A DNA stretch of 56,414 nucleotides, counting the filler, from Bipalium vagum (lineage: Eukaryota), in assembly GCA_037834085.1 (NCBI GenBank). It is 3 parts of 3 records of this genome, joined end to end, with 100 filler letters (N's around TTAATTAATTAA, not from the genome) between each part and the next. Parts side by side here need not be neighbours in the genome. Positions count along the whole stretch, not along the records: positions 39,551 to 56,414 come from JBBMKC010089336.1; 2 more parts are not named here. One strand, given 5' to 3'. The translations under genes and the position numbers were made by a program. Below the pieces are notes generated by a model that was not told the origin of the DNA, searched no databases, and saw only the letters and a program-made list of their open reading frames with translations. Of the stretch, positions 39,700 through 52,199 are shown piece by piece (position 1 is the stretch's first letter; each line of letters starts with the position of its first letter).

Positions 39700-42600
39700 A
39701 TCCCGCCGTCGACGAAGTTATATCTTCACGCAGAAAGGGATCATTATGGAAACAGCAAGGAAAAAGGAGAAGTGCACAAGAACGGAGCAGACATAGAAGC
39801 ATCAGTCTTCGACTAAATAATTACGGCAACGAGTTAAGAAAAAAAGAAAAAAACATCAATAGCTCATCAGAAGGAAAACGTAAACCGCAAATGCCTAAAC
39901 AAAGCTATGCTGTAAGAATTGCAGCCCATCAAGCTGCAACAAAAAAAAGAGATACAAAGATGAACATTATCCAATGCAGCGTTGTAGGGACCATGGTAAA
40001 TAGTAGAGAAAAGAGCAATCACGCTTTTATCAAATTAGAAGACAATTCCATAATATTTTGTCACAAAACAGGTATTGACTGCAGGATATGTAACAGAAAT
40101 ATTGGATTCAAAGCTGGTCTCAAGTCAGAAGAAACGGAAAGTACACTGCTGTAAATATCACGATGAATAACGGGCAAAACCTCGAAGACCATGTTGCCTT
40201 CAAGAACGCTTAAAAACTGCTTAAACCATTGCAGACATTCGTTGAAAGTAATGAAACATTAAATAAAAGATGCAAATCAGTAGGAAGGGCTGAGAGTAAA
40301 AGAAGAAATTCAAGAAATTCAAAAAACTGGAAAAAAGAATCCCCTTTCATCCCAATTACTGGAAACCAAACATGACGTTCTTGAAAAATGTTCCGCAAAA
40401 AAATAAATGAAAACTGCTCCATTCTGCAGACACTTTGCGAAATATTTTGCCTTAAAATCAGATAAACAGTCATATAGCTTCGAACTATGAGCAGCAGAAA
40501 ACAGCAGCCAGAGAATTACATGGTTCTCTAACCAAAAGTCTAGCGATACCAATAAACAACAAAATATGGATCATAATCCAATTCATAATGAACTGTAATC
40601 AGTGTAAAGCATATAAGCCTGACCTTAGGCTTACACGGAACTCTAAACCATCAAATCTCAAAGTAATGTTCAATAAAAGCATGAAACAAGTGATGGAGAT
40701 CATACGAAACATCGATGAACCAGAAATTAAGACATTTCCAAATCTTGATAACATAAAGGCGGCGTCAAGAAAAAATCGACAATCCCAGAACCGCCTAACT
40801 GGTCGTCCTCGATTTCTCCAATGATCAAGCAAGCTGAAAAAAAATTCGACTTTAGTCTACCCACCGCAGCTGATATCCTACAAACTCTGAAAAGCAGAAA
40901 CAAAAAATCATCCCCTGGCCCAGATGGGATTGTATATAACGACATCCTGATTGCTGACCCAGAAACCCTGATCTACGAAAATTTCTTGCAGACAATAATG
41001 CTTGACCATTTCTACAGACCCTATAGAAGTTAAGAGAAGGGTAAGACATGGTTGTCCATTATCTTTGTTATTGTTTAATATAACAATAAATACGGTTTTG
41101 ACAGAAAACTATAGATAATTCCTTCAGTTGGTATTTGCAGTACTTGCTTACGCTGATGACTTATCTGTCGTTGCCAACATGATTGGAGATTAGCAAAACA
41201 TGGTGAACAATTTGATTAATGTTATCCAGTGGTCATGGATGACAGTAAACGATTCTAAATGCGCGTTATTAAATCTCTCTATGAAGAAAATCGGACAGAT
41301 AACCATCAACGTCAGCCCTATATTGAATAATAAGTATGGTGAATGGCTCATATATTTGGGTATAGATAGGGGATTTAAAATTGAGCGAAACCCTCATCAT
41401 ACCTATGAATCAGTGACGAATCTGATGCGCAAAATACGCAAGAGTGGGCTATATCCCTGGCAGGCCGTAAAAGCCTATAAGACATTCCTCCATCCGAAAT
41501 TGATCTTTACGTTCCGCAACCATAAAACAGCGGTATCATTTTTAAATTGCTCTGAAAGTACGACCAAGAGTGAAGGTACACATTATGTACTAGATTTTAT
41601 TCTTAGGAAACATCTACGAAACCTTTTTCGCATTCACCGTCTTCTCCAATCGGATATTTATACTGTCCAATAGAATATGGTGGACTCGGTTGTATATCAA
41701 CATTTGATGAATATATAACCCAGTCGATCATACAAACTCATGGGATGGTGAACACATCAAATAAGAAAATGTTGAATCTAGCCTTGAATTCCTTAAAGTC
41801 TCAGTGAAACGCGACGACAGCAGAAATGGGCATTAAATGGTTAAACAAAGCACGCAATGAGGACCTACAAAGGTCTTGGTAGTCCAAAATTAGCATGGCT
41901 ATACATTATTTTGATAAGTACTACAATATTAAAATAGCCTTTCAACTAAACAACAACAGCGGAATCATTACAATCATCAAAGATAGAAATGAAATCACAA
42001 TCTTTGACAAATTCGCAACTCACCTGCTATGTTCATTCTTACATGAAGAAATCGGGGAAAAGATGTTTGAGAATTGGGCTAACTTGTGCAGCGCAGGCAT
42101 ACTGTCAAAAATAGTTGTCCTAAATGGTCGCCTAAACAAAAAACTGATGAACGGGCACCTGTGCAGTACAGATGAATGGTACATTATTCAGAAGTATTGG
42201 ACTAATAACTAAGAAAATAGTAACCAACCAATAAAAAATTGAAAATGGCCGGCAACTGTAGAAATTGCTATGGGAAGGAAGAAACTGCCTCACACGCCTT
42301 ATGCAGCTACATCAATAATGCCTATGGTACGAAAATGGTGTACGCGATATCTTAGTTGATTTGTAGTCCACACTTAAAAAGGAATGGGAAACACACGTTG
42401 AAAAGAAAGGAATTTTTTCAGCAAAAAACTTAATTCCTGTTATTCAATTAGTGAATAGGAGGCTTAAAATATACCTAATTATAAATGTCAAAATCCCCTT
42501 TGAATCAGAGATTTCTATCAAGGGCAATGACGAAACAAACAAACAAAAATATCAGACTTTGTTGGAGGAAGCTCAATCTGAGCTCGAAAGAACATGGTAC

Positions 42601-42900
42601 TACGATATCAGAACATTTATAATTGGAGCCGGGAGTTCGTGGATCCCCTCAAACTACGAAACACTCGGAGCATTTGGATTTATTATAGCAGAAATTAACT
42701 AAATTATGGAAAAATGTGCAGCAAGGACGATCACTAATACCCATAATATCTGGAAAAAATTCATAGCCAGAGCAGAGAAAAACATTTTAAAAATTCGCCA
42801 TCTCAATGAGAACCATATCTTTGATTTGAAATAAATCACTGTTTTTGTTTTTTAGTTTCATTTATTGTGTCCCGTACCTTTCCTGTGTTATTTTCGGTTT
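39700..42900 (+). mobile_element. Decayed RLE-type non-LTR retrotransposon, NeSL/R5/Utopia-like
   Basis: RT motifs KSSPGPDGIVY, RRVRHGCPLSLLLFN and VLAYADDL. Thumb region SGLYPWQAVKAYKTFLHPKLIF and YGGLG..DEY (NeSL-like). CCHC knuckle CRNCYGKEETASHALCS. Degenerate REL P(V)..II(N)VKIPFE..K.KY..L..FIIGA..SW. Multiple stops, frameshifts and internal deletions. Confidence 0.88.
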
Positions 42901-43129
42901 GTATTCGCATTTGTATTGTTAAACACGGTCGTGCTGTAATCATTATAACTTGGAAAAATTCTCTATAATCGTTAAATATCCTACATTATAGCCCTGATGA
43001 TCATAACTTAAAATGAAATACGTGTTCTCCTGTTATTTTAAAAGGATATCATGACCAACACTTTAAATACGGACATTTATTAAATATATATTTTTCTGTA
43101 GCACAAAGACAAAACAATGTGAGAGTAAA

Positions 43130-43452
43130 GAATTGTTATTATGATCTTCAAGCTTCTTTGTAAAAGGCAACAACGTCTTCACTATGTGTCCAGCAATTCA
43201 CACAGGTCTTTCCATGTGTGTCACCATGACAACACAAGACCACATTTGTCTTTGATGACTCAGAAAAAAATTGAAGAACTTTATTGGGACGTTTGGTTAC
43301 ATCCTCCATACAGTCATCATATTGCACTGTCAGACTATCATTTGTTTCGTTCACTGCAGGAGCACCTTGACGGGGTAAAATTTAATTCAAAGAGGACACC
43401 AAAAACTACTTATCTCGGTTTTTCAGCGAATAAAAAGACAATAAATGAATAA
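43130..43452 (+). mobile_element. Mariner C-terminal transposase fragment
   Basis: HHDNTRPH..WDVWLHPPYS..IALSDYHLFRSLQEHLDGVKF. Confidence 0.88.
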
Positions 43453-43699
43453 AAACCATATGAGAAATCAAGATAACTACCTCTCCCTCTATTGAGGACA
43501 TAAAGAAAAAATACTCAAAAAAACCCTTTTATAATATTTTAATATTTTCCGTTTTTAATGACGTGTTTTGTTTTTTTCCTTTTGGTGTTTGGCGATGTTT
43601 TGTCACACTTCAGAGGAATCTAACGAATTTTTTTTGAAATTTTTAAAATGACTTTTTCAGGATTTTTCTTTATTATTATGTTTAGAAATTTTTATTGAA

Positions 43700-45560
43700 A
43701 AAAATCATGAATAAAAGATTTGTTGGACATTTGGGCTGTATTTAGGTCGACGACTACCATAAATAGAAAGTTGCCAATGTCCACTGGAAGAACAGGAATT
43801 CAGTGGAAACAAGTTTGAATAGTGGAAATTCACTTGTGAAAAATATATTGATTGTGAACATAATCATTATTGAAATTGTTTAATATTAGAATGATTTTCC
43901 TGTATAAGTAAATACGGAACCCCCTCGCACTTGGTCAGTTATTGGTACCTGTCTGGTACTTTTTTGCTGTTTTCACTTTATCATTTTAACATTTAATTGA
44001 TTTTGTATTGATTATTTCAGTCTTCTCCTCAATCGAATAATTTGATTAACTGAAATCGATTTTCTTAGTTATTTCCCTCCATTTCATTAACGTATTTTCA
44101 GGCGTGGTGACAGTAATTGATTAAGCGCATAGCAAGGTCCCATATCTTCAAGGACCTTTGTTGTGCAGTGGGTGCAACCTCAAAAAAGCGTCGACTATTA
44201 ATTGTTGAAGATTTTATAAATTTAAAATGATATTTTCGTTATTTTACAAAAATATTATTTATTATTATTATAAAATAATTCCAATTATTCATTTTCAATT
44301 TTATATATAAATATAAATATTAAATTTTAACAAAACCTCATTTGGTCAGTCTCTTCGATTCTGAGAAGAAGAAAAACGTTTCCATTGAAAATGATTCTTC
44401 TATTTCTGCAATGGTTCTGTACCGGAAACGTTATTTGTGATTTCCTGTCTTCCATCCGGTCCCTCTTGAGAGACAATGGTAAAGATTGTAAAATAAGATA
44501 TTACACATTACGAAATATATGAGAAATAAATCAGAAATTTAAAAAAATAAATAATATGTGGAAAATGGTTTAGACACTTGGTTAGTCACAATAATATATG
44601 GCTGACCACAATGCCATCCACGGTCCTTGGTAAGAGATAATTAAAGATCAACAAATAGTTGTCAAATCGTGTCAAGGTAGATTTTGTTTTAATTATTTCT
44701 TTGAAAACATTGTACAGATATTTGTACAGAAGCCAACTTAGGACATTTGCTCAGTCAGGACAAATGTAGCCACTGAATTATGAAAATTATAATCTAAAAA
44801 ATAAATGATTTCTTATAATTCATATATTGCGCTTCAAATATTTCGATTAAAATATTATTAAAACAACAATAAAATTGTCAATATTTAGCAAATTAATTTT
44901 AACAATTAGAAAAACGAGATTACTTTCCGAATCATCTAATACCATGACAAGATGTTGTGTCTTTTAATTCTTGCTTTTGTAAAGATCATGATGATCCTTT
45001 CGATAATGACAGAATTGGTCCTCCGTCTACCTCCAGAAATGATTAAAATATGGAAAATAATGAAAGTAATGAACCCGATAAACGACTTACTTTAAGAGTG
45101 CTCCACCATTGTTGTAATTTTGTTTAAATATATTAAGGTGAAGCTTTTATTGCGTTTAATTTGGTAACACTCATAAATGTGGTTTACATCTTCATGATTT
45201 ATTTTTAGATTCTGGGAATCATGTCAAGCAAGATGAGAAATCAAATTTTTATTCGAATTTATAAACGGTTTAGAAAAAGGAGACAAACAAAAAGAATAGA
45301 ATTAATAAAAAACTCTAAATAAACTCACCTGCTCCTTATTTTGTTCGGACATTGAACCCCACTGCTATTGGAATGACATACTTCTAAAAATTCATGCAGA
45401 TAACAAAAACAACCAAACGGTCTCCATAACAGAGAAAGCAATTTGTATAACCCTAAAAATGTCCAAATGAAGTGGTAAATGAAATGTGACATTGGCAATA
45501 AAACTAATTTTAAATAAAATTCAGAACCAAAAAATATCATTTTAACACTGACCAATCAAA
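43700..45560 (-). pseudogene. Probable decayed multi-exon gene for a secreted protein (PAN-like first exon; kringle-like and CTLD-like remnants)
   Basis: Exon-like GC-richer blocks bounded by GT/AG. CFCYLHEFLEVCHSNSSGVQCPN resembles the neighbouring PAN gene (LCLLYGFHEICQSNTSCPN). Other blocks read SGYICPD*AN and QNHCRN..LLRIEETDQ. In-frame stops present. Confidence 0.35.
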
Positions 45561-45985
45561 CTAAAGTATCACCTACTAAGTGATTATTAATATTAATAAT
45601 AATAATATTATTATTATTATATTATTATTATTATCACACAATTATCACAGTATACAACCTCTGTTGGAAACGGATTATGGAAATATAATTTCCTTTCAGT
45701 AAATCTTTTGTTTCAAAAATGGAGAGATGTATGAAGACGAGAAAATCAGAAATTCTTTCTTCCAAAGACATCTTCAGTTTATTCACAATTCTCTTTCTTT
45801 CTCGGACTATCATTTACGATACTGAAACAATTGCACCCTGAGGAGATGCGTGATAATAAAAAGCTGATAATTTTTGTTCAAAATGAAGTCTTTAATTTCA
45901 TTGGTCAAATTAGGAAAAAATAAATTTCTTTGCTGAATAAATAAAAATCAATTACGACGTGTTCTCATTTTTAGTAAAACTTTCA

Positions 45986-46872
45986 ATGTTCTTTTTGTCT
46001 GGGTCCGTTACAATTTTATTTTTCATTTCGATATTTGATACTGGCGCCAACAACATTTTCCATGTGACCGAGTCCTGCGTGTATGACTCATTTCAAAAAT
46101 GGCCAGAGACCAATTTATTCGATTGTGCTATCCAATGTACCCAGACTGGCTACAAAGCTTTTCATTTCGACTCCATTGGCTCACTTTGCCTTTTGTATGG
46201 ATTCCATGAAATATGCCAGTCCAATACTTCGTGTCCTAATGTGACTATTTTTATCAATAATCGATATAATGAAATGGTTTGTGTTATTTCATATTTTGTG
46301 TTAAGCAGTTATATTTTCAGTTCCATTCTGATGTTACCAATGTGAGATTCAAAATATTGAAAAATGTCAAAGAAAGCTTTGGTAAATTTGAAGTGTTAAC
46401 GTTTAAAAGTCAAAGTGAAAGTCAAACTGTTCCATTGCTATTGGGAAACAATGGTTTACCAATTATAATGAAGGGAACGTACAGCTATTCTGAACTAGTC
46501 GCTGTTCCAGATAACACATCAATTGAAATAATAAAAAATTTTAAGTCCTACTTGGGAGACAATAGTTCAAGAATTTATCTGTTTAAGGGATATAAAAAAA
46601 GAAAGGAAGAACTCTCTAAAGAAAAGAGGATCACTTTAATTTTAAATACTGGAATCACGGATTTCGACTATTTCAAAGAGAACATAGAGAACAACCATTG
46701 GAATATCATGATTGTCAATGAAAGTATCTTAAAAGATCCAGAAAATGCCAAAAGGTTATTGGAACTGTTTGGAATGTGTGTGGCAAAAAAGAGAGATAAG
46801 AAAGAGAAAATTAAGGAAAACATTTGTAAAACTACGTCAAATATCAAAAAGACAAAGTGTAGAATGATATGA
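45986..46872 (+). CDS. Secreted protein: signal peptide + PAN/Apple-like domain + uncharacterised C-terminal domain (2 exons, about 280 aa)
   Basis: Exon 45986-46276 (MFFLSGSVTILFFISIFDTGA..; C..NLFDCAIQC...YKAFHF....LCLLY PAN pattern). A 44-nt phase-0 intron 46277-46320 (GT..TTTTCAG) joins in frame to exon 46321-46872. Confidence 0.7.
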
Positions 46873-46992
46873 CAGAGTTGAAGAAAGAAAGGAAAGGTTG
46901 ACCGGAACTTGACATTATAATTTTTTTTTCGCTTATCATTAATTTATGATAATATTCATTATAATAATAATTATTATTATTATTTTGTAATG

Positions 46993-47025
<33 letters not shown>

Positions 47026-49634
47026 TTATTTTATTTTAAGTTTTCCTATCTACTTTATAATAATAAATGATAATAATAAAAATAATATTAATAATAAATT
47101 AAATAGTAACAGTAATAAGAAAAATAATAAGAAAAAAAAACAATAATAATATATTATTTTTAAACGTTTTATTTTATATTTTCCTTTAATATTTTGTTGA
47201 TTAATTAAACATTTTTTATTTGTCTTAATTTTGTTTTGTTTTATTAAACGTTGCATTTATTTCCGTTTTAGTGTTAAAAGAATTTTTTTAATATTATTCC
47301 TAACGTTTAGTATGTCCTCAGCCTTTTTTATCCATTCTAAGTCTCTTTACTGTCATCTTTTACGGTAGTAACAATACTGGAGAGTTCTGATTTGTATTGA
47401 TTAAATTTATCTTTGAAACCAGGAATTCCACCTGGATACTTCCAAAAAAAAACATTCTTCCTTTATATTTTTACTGAGATCTTGCACTTGCTGAAAAACT
47501 TTTCTTTCTCAGAGTACCACTGGTCCTTAAGAAACTCAAAAGATACGCGCTTTGATAACCTTGTTGAACACTTTTATCATCTAACCAATCTGATTTACAT
47601 ATTGGGCTAAATGAAAAAGTAAACAAGAGAATTTGAATTATAAAGTTATACTAAATGCCTTTGAAATCTAATGGTGATGCTTTGCAGAGACAGAGCCATG
47701 GGTATAGAATCAATATGGGTATACATGGCAATATTTAGCGAATAATTATCTAAGGACCAAATTTCTTTAAAAGATACGTATTTTTTTCGTCTGAACATTT
47801 CTTTTTTTCAATTAAAAGCTGAAACTCACAAAAGTTTTGAAACAGAAAATATCATAAGCCAGTGACATAACCTTATACTTATTCCTTTGTTTTTTAATCA
47901 TTTATTCACATATCTTTGGCAACCTTAACAGCGGTAAGTTTCTTCCTCTTGCCTTCGAATCCAAACCTTTCCCTGTAAACATATTCTTTTCACATAATTT
48001 TTGTAACTGTTTCCATCTTTTCTTAAACATAAAACTTTTTTTTTCGTCATCCCTCTTCATAAATATACGTCAGTATTGTAAATTTCATATTTCGCCAATA
48101 TAACTTACTTTTAATTGAAATATATGCAGTACGGGTTTCAAAAATTCTGACCTTGTGCAAATTATTAAATGGAATATTTAAACAACTAATTAATTACTGG
48201 AGTGACAAATTCTTGAGTTAATTGATATTTATAGTTCACACAAGTTTAGGTCATTATAAACCTGAAGCTATATATAATTATGTAATAATTTTACTGTCCT
48301 TTTGATTTCCCGTTTTGGGCTTCGTTCCTCAAAATTATGACATTTTCTTATTTATGTTTTTGTGTTGTTTATTATGACCTATGGAACGTTCACTCTATTG
48401 ATTTTTATTGATTTTTAGATCTGTGAATTAGTGAGTGCTCTAGTAGAACCATGAAACATCTTCGGACCCAAACTAAAGTCACCTTTAGGTAACATATTTT
48501 CGAAATTTTCTTTTCATTAAAAATTAAAGTAAAGTAACCGGAAACCTTGCAAAGAAAGAACAGTTAATGAATAGACTGTGTGCTTGAAATGCGTCCAGAC
48601 AAACAAAATTTATAGGGTAAGGCCAGGTCTTCTATCTATCCTTCAACGGGGAATCTTCGGCCGTAGTCAGTCTTGAACTGCTTAAGACCAATGTTCAGAG
48701 GCATCATTTAGAAAGCTGAGTATAAATGTTGAAAGTCAGCCCACTAAGATTTGTATTTATGTCAATCCCTGTGAAAAATCCCATTTTTTGTTGCTTCGAT
48801 GCATGAGCAGTTTTGATAGCTCTGTCTTGTGAAGTTATCGGAATTCAAGTCTCATTTGTTTCAGCTGTAATGGTGGACCTTTCGGTAATGTACTTTTTAA
48901 TAATCAGGAGGTCTGTATGTTTCATTAACGTCATTTAAACGTATGGCTGATAAAGTCGTAGCGACTGATGTTCAATTTTTATGCTAGCCGATTCTTTGTA
49001 CCTATCATCGTACTTTTCGCTGAGCGACCACTTCCTTTTCACTTTCAATATTATCAATCTTTGTACCACACGATATTAACAGGGACACCTTCGATTTTGG
49101 TATGTTTTCAACAATAGAGAGGCTTGGCAACAAAACCTTTTCATAAATGTGTATTTTAGTAGATAAATTTGCAGCACAAATTTTGATGGTCACTTCTGTA
49201 AAGGTAAGTAACTTAGTAACGTTGATATGTTTATCTTCCTTCAGTATATATATCGCTGGAAAGAGGACGACCCTTCTTTACCATTTTAGATTAATTTATT
49301 TAAACAAATTATATATCAGTTTAATTAACTTTCAAAAATTCCCCCTTTTATTTATTCGCTTATTTAATTTAACAAATAAAAAAAATAAATAAAATGACGT
49401 CATTGTGCTCGCTATTGAACTGGAAATGCTTTTACCAATTTTACAGAAAGCATGCAATTATGTTTTTAAAAATCATGGGGCGCTGCTGGTCACTGTGGAG
49501 TGGTCATTATCCCCGGGATTTTTGCCGTTAGCAATGAGGACAAACACTTTTTATTTATATATTCAATAATAATGGACCGTGGGACCATTGCAAAACAAAA
49601 AATGTCCTCTTTCCAGACTATATTTTGTAATTAG

Positions 49635-50115
49635 CGCTCTCATATCGTAAAGAGTCATCCTGCCAGTCCAACATCAACAAAGTCCATAAGCTTTGCAACG
49701 AAAGAGGTTGGAAGCTTGTGAGAATTCATGATGACACGTCAAATGTAAAACTTTTCTTATTCCAACCCTTTTGTTAAGATCGTCTAAATGGTCGTATACA
49801 ATTTTGCAGTGAAGAACAAAATCAAAGAATAGTGGATCTACAGATCTGAGAGGGTCACACTGGGAAAGTGGGTGTATAGTGATGGAAAGCCCTTGGATTA
49901 CACGTATTGCTTCATTGAAATGTTGAAGGTTATTATGAATTTTGTTATTCGTTCTTAGTATTGGTATCCAGGGGAGCCAAATAGAGGGGTAGCACATTGC
50001 ATAGAAGGACATTGGTACCCGTAAAGGATTGTGGAATGACGACGATCGTTACCTTCTAAAACATGTTATTTGCACCAGTGGTCATCCGATTCAATATTAT
50101 TGTGAAACATTATGA
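49635..50115 (+). pseudogene. C-type lectin domain pseudogene (EPN/WND type)
   Basis: ..KLCNERGWKLVRIHD.., WVYSDGKPLDYT|YWYPGEPN..HC..GLWNDDDR..HVIC. In-frame stops, a +1 frameshift near 50007, and a conserved Cys apparently mutated to Arg. Confidence 0.75.
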
Positions 50116-52199
50116 CTCATAACGAAATCCTAATTTCATAACCAATGTGTAAAAGAAAATTAACGGTGTCAGATCCAAAGAAAGTTTGAACTGTACTGGA
50201 AATGAGAAAAGACCTCCAAGAGTGGGAAGAAATTCTTAGTGGACAAGACCACAATTATCTTAAAGGACGGTTAACAGAATCTTCATTTTGAAATTACTTT
50301 GAAGAACACTTTTTGGTCCCTGTTCGTTTTTTGAACGTCATTCACTTACTTGTCAACTTCATATTTCAATTTATATGCAACCTTCTTCAGAGATCTTTCA
50401 AACTGTAACGTCACTATGGTTGTACGTACGATCTTTTATGTTTTCAATTTATCTGAAGTCATTTGATCTCGTACGTCTTCCAAATGTTGTTTATCTTTCC
50501 TCAATACTCTGCCTTCTTTAAAGTTCTCTTACCAGTAGTCAATCCGTGCATGTCTTATTCGTTGATCACATGATTATTTCTTCATTATTTTTTTCTGGTT
50601 TCAAGCCATACATGGTTCCGCTGACAAAATGTAATACAAATCCGTTGACTTTCAAACATTGAAGTTTGAAAACCGCTGTTTCATTTAAACTGCGATTATT
50701 TAAACAAGGATGTCTCTTTAAATGATAAGCTGAATAGCTTAAAGATTTAGATTTATATTAATGAAGGGGTTCAACAAATCTAACTCAAGATGATTATTGC
50801 GATATTTTATTGTTTATTTAAATAAAATTATTATTATTATTTATTTAAGTTTATATAAGATATTCTCGCATCTTTTAGAAAACGCTATCGCTCTACTCAT
50901 CCAAATTTTCACTCTTACAAACGAGCATTTTGCAAGTCTAATTGAACTTAGGAAAAAGAACCAAAAACAAAGTAGCCCCAATCTTTTTCATGAATGTCCA
51001 TGAAGAAATCAACCCTTACAAATGTCCATCATTTTAACTTTGTCAATATTTGTAGTACTCAATCGTTGTCTTCACTCGAAAGCAGTATAACCAAAGAAAG
51101 ACCGGGCTACATCTTTGTGAAATGGTCAACAGAAATAGAAAGTAACGACGAGATCTCGATTAATTTTCACAACTGGTTTGAACCCAAACCAATTTGCATT
51201 TATGCTAATACTGTGAAGAAATTGCAATTTCCATTGCAAGACACCAGTGACACAGTCGAAAATAATGTCACTGAATTCCCCCAGTTTCGAACCAAGCTCG
51301 GGTTCAGAAGAAGTTTCGAAACAATTTCACAGTCACCTTCTCTTGGTAGTCTTCACAACATGTTACAAAATGTTTGTAATCATTATCATTATTGATTCGA
51401 TTATTATTGTTATTATCATTTATTTATTTCAAATGTTTCGAAAAATTGCTTTGATTTGATTGGTCGAAAAATGAACGGTTTAATTCATACATCATACGCT
51501 TATTTTCGAGTATAAAAACAATAAAAATATTATGTTTTCATTCTCTCAAATAAAGCAAGTCCAATTCGATTTTTGTTGTTTTTTGTTTTAGCTATTACAT
51601 TTATTTAACTTTTTTCTTTCTAAGAGGAAGTCACGGTTTTATTAATGATCCGTTCTCAGTTTTTTGTGAACAAATAATTTATAACTTTATATGTAACTCT
51701 TTTGCACAGAAACTGCTGATGATGAAACTCCTGGTGATAACCCTCTTTTGTGCGTTGATGGCCCCGGTTATAATGTCAACAAAGTGTGGTTCTACTTGCA
51801 GGTAAGTTATAAAAATAAATAAAAGCACACGCCAAAAGTACATTTCCGAAAATGTGCACAAAGCGTTTATTATTATTATTATGAAAGCGTGTTTGGTGAT
51901 TTTAGGAGGACGAAGAAAGGTTTGATCTATGTGGGAATAACTGTTCGATTAAGATCATCCAGCTGGATTAAGTTGGAAATTTTTAATTTTTTAATTAAGC
52001 CCGTAAAGGTTTGCCTGGTAAAGCTCCAGCACGTTTTCATATTAATTTTATAATAATGACAACGAAGGACAATGGACAGTGATGGTAATACTCTTTATTC
52101 AGTGAATGCGAGGCTGAGGAGATTGCTTTCGAAAAAAAATGCTGCAAACATAGGAAGCTGTTGAAGGCCTGTCGGGAAATTTTAAGAAGTCTTTTTTTG

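Noticed and set aside
42988-43032. Minimal type I hammerhead after the retrotransposon 3' end (GCCCTGATGATCAT..ATGAAATACGTG)
   Set aside because: Stem II and GAAA overlap, and no stem I complement follows. At best a dead remnant; not supportable.
44060-44760. TGA read as Trp (alternative genetic code) in decayed exons
   Set aside because: mael, RPS18 and NSD use TGG for Trp, and mael and the PAN gene end in TGA; TGG>TGA decay explains it.
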